A DNA stretch of 64,000 nucleotides from assembly GCA_002633005.1 (NCBI GenBank), contig NMRA01000318.1, positions 273,594 to 337,593 of the forward strand. Reading direction: 5' to 3'. The DNA comes from Phoronis australis. Taxonomy: Eukaryota; Animalia; Phoronida. The notes under the pieces are model-generated. The model was not told where the DNA came from and did no database searches. It saw only the letters and a program-made list of their open reading frames with translations. Below, piece after piece: positions 54,801 to 64,000 of this stretch. How positions within the stretch are numbered: position 1 is the stretch's first letter; each line of letters opens with the position of its first letter. The position numbers and the translations under genes are program-made.

Positions 54801-57800
54801 CTATTTATAAATAACAGACAAATAATGTTTCCTTGTCATGAGAGTTAATAACAGCAAAAATGACTGAGAATAACTATTTGGGTGGCAAAACTCTAGTTAC
54901 AGAAAGGCTCAGCCGTATTACTAACATTCCTGTCAATTTCCCTTCATTTTCGGTCACCAGAGAAAACTACTGACAATGAATTCAGCTTCTACCCAGTTAG
55001 TAGTCATGACAGTGCATTCTGGGTCATTTTGTCAGAATACTTTTTCTTGTGGCTTGCATTGCGTGTCTAGCGCTTCACGAAAGTGGCGGAAATTAAATGT
55101 TGTGTCTTTATTATTACAGAAGTAATGAAACAAACAGCACTAACGATGAAAATAACCAAGAACAATGGGAAACTGTTACCACGGTAACGACGACGACGAA
55201 AACAACCAAACTGTAAGTTCATTCCAGGCAAACGCATGTTCAAGCTGGTTGCCATAGCAATGAACCAGTTCATGAAGCACCTGACATAACAGCACAGTTT
55301 GTGTCCGCAGAATAATTGTTATGGGAAAATCTAAATAATTGCCAAATTACCCGTATGATTTTCCAGGTATTTCAATATTGTTGCGAAGGCTCACATTTTT
55401 TTCAAAATATTTCCTGAGTGTAGCTACTATACAGAACTTGAACACCGTGAAGCATTGATTTGATGATACTCATTTTTTTAATAAAAAAATTAAATTTCAC
55501 TTGTCCGCCATATTGAGCCTCGAAGTGGTGGCATTTTACTGTACTCATCAAGACTAGATAAAAACTACTACGGTAAACTTTCCTAAAATCGCAACACAAA
55601 ATAATCGCCAAAATTGTCAATTTCCGTTGTTCAAAAGCTCACTGCAATGTAAAAACAGTTCAGATTTCAGCATGTTTTTTTTTTAAGTCAGCTCTACAAC
55701 ATAAACTGTGTAATCACTGAACTAAAGTTTTCCTGATGTTTACTTTTGTTAAAAATTTTGATAGCATAAAATTTCACTGTTCAGTCATATTGTGTTCTAA
55801 ATTCAAGAACCTTTTGTATCCTTTCTTTCCTTGCACACGCAGTCCAGACGTGGTACATTCTACCAGTGCAGAGGAAGACGAATTCGAAGGCATTGAGAGG
55901 AACTCAGAACTACTGTCCTCAGTAAGTCAGGTTGAAAGCAGCTGCAGATCAAATAATCTTCTCTGTTAATGGGACATGTATTTTGTTGGCCTTTACCCGC
56001 TGATTAAATCTGCTACTAGAAGCATGTTGACATAAACAGCAAAAGTAATTTAAGCTTTCTCTAACAGCTTAATTTGGCTAACTTCAGTACCACACATCCA
56101 ATTTCTCGTCATCATCAACTCAACTGACCATTTCAGTTCAGGAAACCAGCGCCTCCATGTAGACGGAGTTCCGGCAAAAATGGGAAACGGTCACCTAGGA
56201 AACCAGCCTCAGCAATAGCAATTCAGGTACAGATATTGGTGTTACAATACTTATATACGGTACCGTACTTAGTGACGACTTCATTTATCACTCACGCTAA
56301 AAATGACCAGCAAGCCGAACCTTTAATCTTCAGTATTTTGCACTTTTTGGTCAAACTTATAATGGTTACACATTTTTTGTGTGACCTGTATAGTACCTAT
56401 TATATTGAATAATAAAAAGATTAAAACTGAAAAAAGGTTAGTTCTTCAAAAAATCTGCAATTCGATTTACTTACTTTTACTTAATCCTAGTTTTCATGAA
56501 GTGAGCTTCGCCAGAACTTGTCTGCATCTCACTTGGACACAACAAACCCCCACAACACATTCTGGGTCTAAAAGTCACTACAGACTAGGAAGCAAATACT
56601 TTTAAAAATCTCATTTACTTACAAGGACAGATAGCCGAGTACCATTCAAATTGGACTACTTTGTAAGTCAATTCTGCCATTTAATATGAATATACATTTG
56701 AATTGTTCGAATAATATGGCAGCAGACCCTCTTGAAAACAGAATTCGCCAAGCACACGACAGCGATGTCAATGGACGATTTGTAAGAAAACCGTCAACAG
56801 ACAACGCTGGTGTGCATTAAGTGAATTTAAGTCCAAGTATATTTATTTTTTAGATAATTGTAAACTGTCTGATTATTTCATACATCAGGACGATTAATGT
56901 TTCAAACCGTTATCATACAAAATTGTCAATTTTGCAGAAGACCACAGATCCAGGACTGAATGAATGGAGTACAGTTCTAGACGACTTCTCCTTTGGTCCA
57001 TCGCTTGGAAGCAAAAGTAAAACACTCAGACCCTTCTCTCGTTATATTACATATTATGTTTATTATCGTAGATCATTAGCTATTAGCAACTATCTCCTTG
57101 GCAACCAAGTAAATGATATTCATTTAGCTTCAATAACCTGCTATAGCCGTATTTCATCGTGTAGATTTACAGCAGTAATCATTTTTCAGTGCAAAAAATC
57201 TAACACTCACGTATTTAAGTTGTTTTGTAATACGATGGCTTTATTAAGTCTATAGCATAATACAGCGTGTACACTGGAGGATCTAAGATGTAGTAAACAA
57301 GACCCAACCTCAACTTTCAAATGAAAAATGTCCGCGCAGGCCTTAAATATGGCTCCACCTCATTTTTTTCTTGTCCATGAGAAGCTCCATTAATCTGCCA
57401 ATGGTATAGCGCAGGTATTTGAACTAACCAAACATAAATCTGTCTTTGTCCTGTGTATTGAAGACGTAGCAGTTTACAAGAAAACGACAACAGAGGTCAT
57501 GCCAGATGGTACTGTAGTAGAGAGGACAGAGACATCTTCTGGGCCCTTCAGGAAGACGGCCATTAAATCACCACATCTCAGGGAGGATACCCCAACAATT
57601 ATTGAAGTGGAAGAACTGGAAGGTCAGCTTCAATGTTAACAGGATATCTGCTTGTTGAAGAAAAATGGAATTTACTGAACCGGTCGTGCAGAGTTCAAGC
57701 TGCGACGTGTCAATCTTTATCTGGGTTCTCACACCAACTGCATAATCTCACACCAGGTTTTAAAGTCTATTATCGAATGATTAGTGCATAGGATCTATAA

Positions 57801-60800
57801 GTTGAACAAATGTGCCGAGAATATGCACATGGAAGTTAAACACAAATCATTACATTCCTAATCACACTAACAGACAAATGTCATTTGTAAAAGGGCACAG
57901 GCGGGACTTGGCCTATACTTAACCAGATGATATATAGCGAGAAACTAGTTCTGATGTGGAATAAAGCTTGAAGAAGACTGTAATAACTTGTTGATATAAC
58001 AGAATAACTGTCCAAGACAACTTATAACAGCAAACCTTTCCATTTACAGGTGTCTTTCCAAATGACGACACAATGTGTGAGACTCTAAAGAGAACGAGGA
58101 AACTGTCCATGCAAAAGCACAACTTCTCGTAAGGCTAAAACGAATGTTTAATGTACTGTACTCCTTCCCCTGTTTAGCACAAAATACAGTCGACAACTTA
58201 AATTTTAGTTTGTCAAGTTCTAATATAAATGCTTTGATTACCAAAATTTTTGTCTATTGTTAGCTTGATTTACACAATGCAGATACCATAAACATAACTT
58301 CCCATTGCTTGCAGAAAGTAATAGGCATTTTTCACAATTATTTTTGTGCAAGGTAAGCAGAGAATTACGGTACCTTAAAATAATAACAGAACCATACTCT
58401 AAGTCCACAAAGAAAATTCAACAGACGTTTTCATTTATCGCCTAATTATCCAAAACAAAGTTTAATTCTTAAGGTCCCGTGCAAATTAGGTCAAGCCGAG
58501 GTCATAAACCTCAAACTGGAATAAGTCAAGTTAGAGGTGGTGAATCACCACATTCAAGTACTCAATGAACTCCACTTGGTCCACGGTGTTAACCGTTTGT
58601 GTCTTGAAACACTAACTCACGACATTAAAAAAAAAGATTTCACCCAAAAACATAAGCCGAAATAATGGTTTTTCAAAAATGACCATTGCACATGGCTTCA
58701 AGAGATCTTCCAAAACTGTCATTCGTGCACACGTATGTAAATAGTAACTTAATCCCCAAAGGGCCAAAGACATACAAGATACTTTGAAAATTAATATCAT
58801 GGTCAAAAAAAGTGATTCACAATTCATATAATACCTAGTAGACCAAATCACACCTTTAACATGCAACAATTTCAAAAGCAACTCTTTGATCTAGGTACGA
58901 CGATAGTGATATGGACACAATGCGACGGAAAAAACAAGGACAGCGCCTCGTTAAACACTTTCCGTAAGTAGGTTTGGTTCAGAAGTCTCTCACAGATAAA
59001 ATTTGTACAAGGAAATGTCCGAATACTGCCTCGACTGTTCTTTTTTTCGAAAACAACAAATCCATTATTCTAAACTTGGTTCTTCTCACTTCTTGTTTGA
59101 CTTCCAACAGGGGGTACTAATTGCATGTGTTTGACTCTATAGCTGCACTTCTAAGACATCGAATTGGTCTGTTAGCCAGAAGCTGTCGTCGAAAACGAAT
59201 CAGATGTCTTAACCAGTTGACCTGGCAGAACCATCCAAGTCAATCAACTGTACCTAAAGTAGCATGTGCTTAGCGCATTGTATCAAAATCTCAGTACACT
59301 ACAACTGGGAACATATGTCACATGGTTTACATGAAAAAATAATTGTATTCGTAAAAACAGAATTGCTTCATAATGGAAAAGAACTAAAGCTTGTGAGAAA
59401 AAAAGTACATTTGCGAGAGAAGAAGTGAAGGAGATCACATTTGATGTACATTATTTTGTGACTTACAGTAACTCTTCTACACTACGGATCGGTACAAAAT
59501 CGTATGTGAACAACTATTTGTGTTCTGTACATAATTTACTTAAAAGTGTTGTGCAAATAATCAGAAGACGTTAACAGCCAGGTGCAAAACATCAAACGAG
59601 GCGTGGATGAACTATGAGAAAAAAATGCACAAATGACTGAAAAACCCATAGCAAAATGCAAAAAATGCGAGCACGTGAAGTGTTGCAGTTCCAATAATAT
59701 GAAAACCCTTATAAATTAAACTCAGCTATTTCATCATTTTTCAGTGTTGAAATAACAGTTGAGAAGGTTAGTAAGGAAGACAAGAACTCAACAGGTGAGT
59801 AGAACAGGTGTTACACACACGGATATATTAAAACTTATCATAAACCCGCACATTTCATCAAATCCACCTTTTCTTTTAGACCTCTGCTGCTATGAAACTG
59901 ATTTCAACTTCTTCCTTGCTTAGATGTTCTCAGTTTCTGCATGGCTGATGCATAAATTGATACACTGTGACAAGCCAACGTATTGGGTTTGTCTGGTTAG
60001 CAACAAACAGACATTTTTTGCAAGTCCAAAGTTAGTTAAGAAAATTTAAATCAAAATCATAAAACCAAGTGGTCTAAACAAAAAGTTAATTTTTAACATA
60101 AGAAGTGTTTAAAGGCACATAGTAGTGCAGTGTACCTAGTTGTCATATGTAGAGTCGAGATTTTTAACGACCAAAAAACTCATATTTTCAGGAATATAGC
60201 AAATCGACTGAATCAGTGTAAGTTGTCAAATGTTCTATTAATCATGAATCGAAGCCAAATACTACAGCCACAAACTAATAGGGTCGTTTCCAAATCACAA
60301 CCAAATCTAGAATAAATTAAACTTGCTGTCCGTGGGGAATCTAGCCGTACAAGCAAACGACGACCTCTAGGTGGGTTACAGCCATGCAAATTTAGGAACA
60401 CTAACACAGCCTATTAAAAACCTCTAAAATGTGTGTTAGACAATAATGGAGAATTTTTAGGATGCTGTAACATGCAACTTCACTATGTCTATGTCGTCAA
60501 CTGTATTCTCTATTTCAGCGGCAAATAGAAAGATAAGTAGAGGCACACTTGTGTTGGACCAGTACGGAAATCTTGTGATAAACAAGTCGAGCTAGCAGAA
60601 CTGTGTAACTGGCAAGAGTGAAACAATTGTCAAAGCAGTCAAGGTCACGTGTGCTGACAAACACGGAGCGTTAAAGTTGCGTTGAGCGCAACATCAGCCA
60701 GTCAAAAACGAACAGCTTCAAAATTACATTGAAATAGATAATTAAGCCAAAAATAAACCTGTGAGCTTCATTATGACGACATTATAAACAAAGAAACAAG

Positions 60801-63800
60801 TGGTAACTAGCTTTATTTTACAAGTCATTCAACACTTGCTATTATGTGAAACAATAAGGATCACATTGCCCTATTTGCAGCTCAAAATAACTTTAATTTA
60901 AGTTTTCACTTTAATTTAAGTTTGCACTTTAATTTAAGTTTGCACTTTAATTTAAGTTTGCACCGGTATGGTGGAAATAAAGTGCAGCACTGCCACATAA
61001 TATTTACATTAAAAAGGCTGCGTGATACATCAACTGCTGATGGAGTACTGTTGACTGGCAGATAAGATTACACATGAGTACACTGTACTGGCACGCCATC
61101 TGTCTGTCAGATTGACCTAAATTCAAGGAATACGCATAAGTATTTGGGCTCTGCCTATCAGAAATACAATGTCAAACCAAATTACAATGAATAGGAGACA
61201 GCAGTGTAGACCAAGGAGCTAACAATTATGCGAACAATAAGCAAGACTAACCCAATAAGACCAAAGTGTGGCTCACCGGATGTTGGTTGTTAAACTGATT
61301 AGCAAAATGTAGAAGTGAAGATATCAGCAAGAATTTGTATTCATTGAGCTATTTATTGCTTTTTTCTATCATCAGTTATAAAGCACAAGCTTTGAAAGTC
61401 ATAGTTGCTGCTTTCACGTGCTTAGCTTAGAAAGTTTTTAGTGGGCACTCTCTCCATTGCTAGGTTGTGGGGCCACGTGAACTTGTTATAATTGTACAGC
61501 TTAGCTAATGAATACAATTGTTGACCAAAGCGCATGATTTAATTGTCTTCTACTGCTTACTCTCTCTTAACATTGACGACATTATCACAACTTCTACAAT
61601 AGCGAAATAGCAGGTAAAGAAAAACAAATTTTTGGGTGACTATGATCTTTAGTTCATACAAATTGATTAGGCCCGCTCACAAATGTACTTTTTCGACTTC
61701 AAACAACACTCACTGCATGTTTTTCACATTTGCACATTCTACAGCTTCCATTGGCCAAGGGTGAATATACATTGCCTCCCCCTCCCCGGGTTTCAAAATT
61801 CATTCGAGTCTCTTGACTTGTAATTCTTACGTGCAGAAACCTGCTTGAAGGTTATGTAGGACAATATTGACAGGTTCGTGCATTTAACAAAATATCTAGA
61901 AAAGTATAAATTTAACTCAGTAAAAGTATATATTTCTGAAAACAGAAAGGCTGTGGAATTTGATTTTTGACTTTTTAACAAACTGTTATTAATTAGGTCA
62001 CGGAACCATGCCTTTTTGGTAAAATTTAGCAAAAAAGAAAGATACATTGACAGAAAAACAACGGTATCAATCACACGGTCAAATTTTATTTGATACAAAT
62101 GAAAACTGGAACATTGTTAAAACAGTTCCTAACAGCACTTTTGAAAACAGTACATAAAGCAGAGTATCCGAAAGTTTCATAAGAATCCGATCAGCCGTTT
62201 CTAAGATGTGATGTTCCGAAGTCTGCCAAATTTGGTCATTTTTATAGAGTCCTACACCACTTCAATGGGTCCTGCGTAACATTAACGAGAACATGACAAA
62301 AAGTAAAAAAATATGAGCACTGCCCAGGAAATCGCTTTCGCATAAAATGCATGTTCTCATTCAGTACCTAGCATACCACACGCACTGGTAAGATGAGCTC
62401 AGCAGGAGACGGTGTGGCTCAGTGGTTTGAGCTCTGGATTCCCGTTTGGGAGACCCGGGTTCGAATCCTGGCTCAACTGGCTGACAATCAAAAACAGTAA
62501 GAAAAAAGCATTCCAAAACCTCCATAACAGTTGTATCCAGGCTCAAGATATTGAACTTATTGGTAACCATTCTATGCCATCAAATGCAGAAACCTATTTG
62601 TGCAATTGCTGAATGAGGTTTGGTAGAATTTGTAACTACCAGGTGGCATTGCTGTCCACAAACAAGGCATGAACTAATATTAGAATTCAAGTTACTTATT
62701 CAACACCACAAAATATTGGGTCGACTCGAAATATTCAGGTCAAGACAATCCAATCGGTGTATAGGCACCAAAACATCATGACAATATGCGGTCAAATCAT
62801 GACATCACAGATCAAGTTTGAGTTTACTGGGAGACCGAGACAAAAACTGACTTCAATTACCATGGGATCATACATCGCTTCCAATAAAAACACAAAATTC
62901 ACCTAGTTGTAGGCATTCAGTAAATCACACAAGACTCTCTTCCGACGAACACATGCGAGTACACTGCAATCTGTTCTCTATTTAGGTAATAGATAGAGGA
63001 CGCCCTCTTCATTACCACTACTCACTGAATATGGAGATTCTTATCGTTAGTGACACAGCCATATATCCTACCTTATCTTTGTATGAGGAAGGAAGAAGCA
63101 AGGAAGGTTCACTGGGACACGGAAGGTCGATATAGAACCCCACTACGTCTCCCTCCTGGTAGCTTTCACCGTAATGGTAACCGCGGCTCTCGTGGAAACG
63201 AGTTCCTTTCCTCGAACGATAGGAGTAGCTGAACTTATCGTAGCCGCACGGGGCTTGAAGATTACCTGGAAGGTTGGGAATAATTAATCAGATAGATGTT
63301 TCAGAAATCAAAGTCTGAACTCGCACGAGAAGTTTGACATGGGCCAGTTACGAAACGCATTGCAACAAGTGACGAGTGCCATTTGTCACATCAGTTTACA
63401 TTGAACAAACTATTTCGTCAGTTGAAAAAACTATGAGCATGACTTACAACAATACATTCCATCTAATCTATTCAAGTTGACATCAACTACAAAATTTCCA
63501 TTTTAATACGCATGTTTACTAGTTTTCAACAACAACTGTTCAAGTATTATGTGTGCTAGCAACCATATTATACACAACAGCTGGAGTAAAGTGATTTAGA
63601 TACATTTTCAATTTAATTCCCATGCATTAAACAAAGAATTTAGCTACAATAATGGAAACATGCAACTCAAAAGAATACAAGAGCAATAGACAGAACTGCT
63701 ACATGCGTGATGCTTGGAAATGCCAAATAACAAAATCAACTACCAATCTCAAGTATAGTGTCTGGCCATACCTAGCGACTGGGACCAGCCAATCCGTGCT

Positions 63801-63861
63801 GCTGTTTCAGCAGGCATCTCATCTATGCTGACCTCAAAGTACCATTTCCCCCTAGACACAC
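36865..63861 (-). CDS. ASH2L: Set1/Ash2 histone methyltransferase complex subunit ASH2, C-terminal half (SPRY + DPY30-binding SDI); 5' exons beyond right edge
   Basis: Exons 63861-63772 ([30 protein letters not shown]), 63265-63072 ([29 protein letters not shown]...[11 protein letters not shown]...SYKDK), 42348-42256 ([17 protein letters not shown]), 39259-39161 ([33 protein letters not shown]), 37696-37637 ([20 protein letters not shown]) and 36957-36865 ([30 protein letters not shown]). All are GT-AG and in phase. Minus-strand AATAAA at 36730-36725. Confidence 0.95.
39566..40694. mobile_element. About 1.13-kb non-autonomous DNA transposon, ISL2EU/PHIS-like
   Basis: AT|AG...CT|AT ends (possible 2-bp AT TSD), degenerate terminal IR (AG....TTGYGAGTTT), and a 27-bp subterminal IR TGTGACATCACCGGAAG(A/T)GG(A/G)GCAAAA at 39595-39621 / 40618-40644. 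Confidence 0.6.
42059..42234. mobile_element. MITE
   Basis: AGGATTCGTTTCATGA / TCATGAAACAGAATCCT inverted ends, with internal CTTAAG repeats. Confidence 0.5.
42987..43126. mobile_element. MITE (CAGTNGCGGAT..AGA type)
   Basis: CAGTTGCGGATTCAGA / TCTGGATCTGCGACTA inverted ends. Confidence 0.55.
43983..43996. promoter_or_regulatory. RFX X-box-like site upstream of the nested + strand exon chain
   Basis: ATCACCATGGCAAC (reverse complement GTTGCCATGGTGAT). Confidence 0.4.
44517..50661 (+). pseudogene. Chain of exon-like segments (decayed coding exons or spliced 5' leader of the nested gene)
   Basis: AG/GT-bounded segments 44517-44700, 45261-45369, 46429-46675, 48303-48439 and 50526-50661 are phase-compatible with each other and with nested exon 52743. 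They are interrupted by TGA x5 and TAG x1. Splice sites were chosen by eye. Confidence 0.35.
45607..45821. mobile_element. MITE copy 3 (CAGGGCTTGGAA family, inverted)
   Basis: Ends in GAGGAAAATTCCAAGCCCTG, the reverse complement of the start of copies 1 and 2. Confidence 0.75.
51932..60595 (+). CDS. Uncharacterised single-pass membrane protein (about 381 aa), nested antisense in ASH2L intron
   Basis: Exons 51932-52155, 52743-52896, 54050-54135, 55843-55921, 56137-56226, 56938-57016, 57464-57622, 58050-58128, 58895-58963, 59745-59794, 60519-60595. All ten GT-AG junctions are phase-matched (2,0,2,0,0,1,1,2,2,1), giving a 1146-nt stop-free ORF. AACATGG start, AATAAA at 60752 and 60976. TM helix [22 protein letters not shown] is followed by CCCPKKK. 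Confidence 0.8.
55175..55261. promoter_or_regulatory. Pair of X-box-like palindromes in nested-gene intron 3
   Basis: GTTACCACGGTAAC 55175-55188 and GTTGCCATAGCAAT 55248-55261. Confidence 0.4.
60890..60963. repeat. 18-bp tandem repeat x4 (ACTTTAATTTAAGTTTGC)
   Basis: Directly visible; lies just downstream of, or within, the nested gene 3' UTR. Confidence 0.9.
62404..62482 (+). mobile_element. tRNA-derived SINE head
   Basis: TGGCTCAGTGG (A-box) ... GGTTCGAATCC (B-box); the acceptor stem does not pair, so this is not a functional tRNA. Confidence 0.55.
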
Positions 63862-64000
63862 CTGCATGTAACAAACAGAAACAGGTCAAGGCACAAATTG
63901 TCATCGAAGATTTATTTCCTTCAGAATCACAAGCAGTTTATGTACACTCGGTAAAGATATTAAATAGTACTGGATAATAGGACAAAGCCAAATGAAAATC

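Larger units (their letters stand above)
32840..55810. repeat. Dispersed old repeat family AAATTTCACT..GCCATATTG(T/C)GTCCTAAATT..GATTTTAC (short copies near 32845, 34915, 44335, 45485 inverted, 50105, 53582, 55488, 55770)
   Basis: The same core of about 55 bp recurs. The span marks the range of copies, not one element. Confidence 0.6.

Noticed and set aside
55843-56226. Capping-protein-interaction (CPI)-like motif in the nested protein ([23 protein letters not shown])
   Set aside because: It lacks the conserved His, Thr and RPK of LxHxTxxRPK; the resemblance is only superficial.
55843-58128. Three nested-gene exons of exactly 79 nt suggesting exon duplication
   Set aside because: They have different phases and no sequence similarity; coincidence.
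60596-61100. SECIS element that would explain the upstream TGA codons
   Set aside because: The RUGA..AAA candidates (about 60618 and 60773) lack a paired helix and a 3' GA by eye; a SECISearch run is needed to be definitive.
62404-62482. tRNA gene
   Set aside because: A- and B-boxes are present but there is no acceptor-stem pairing; treated as a SINE head.

Overview
AT-rich animal (probably marine invertebrate) genomic DNA with intron-containing genes; the short six-frame ORFs are mostly noise or single exons. Hand-splicing gives these genes: (1) the 5' part of an unrecognised minus-strand gene that runs off the left edge; (2) CFAP299 (+, 5 exons, 234 aa), head-to-head with gene 1 across an RFX X-box promoter; (3) WDR45B/WIPI3 (+, 8 exons, 344 aa); (4) GGPS1 (+, 8 coding exons, 316 aa); (5) the 3' half of ASH2L (-, SPRY + SDI exons; 5' end beyond the right edge). 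ASH2L has a 20.7-kb intron (42349-63071). It contains a complete, phase-consistent, 11-exon antisense nested gene (+, about 381 aa, with an N-terminal transmembrane helix, a CCC-KKK motif and a disordered tail) that I cannot assign to a family. Upstream of that gene is a chain of exon-like segments whose in-frame stops are nearly all TGA. The introns carry many MITE-like elements, a Harbinger-transposase remnant, a tRNA-armed palindromic element, and a 1.6-kb duplication joined by an N that is probably an assembly artefact. All gene names come from recalled similarity of manual translations; no database search was run.
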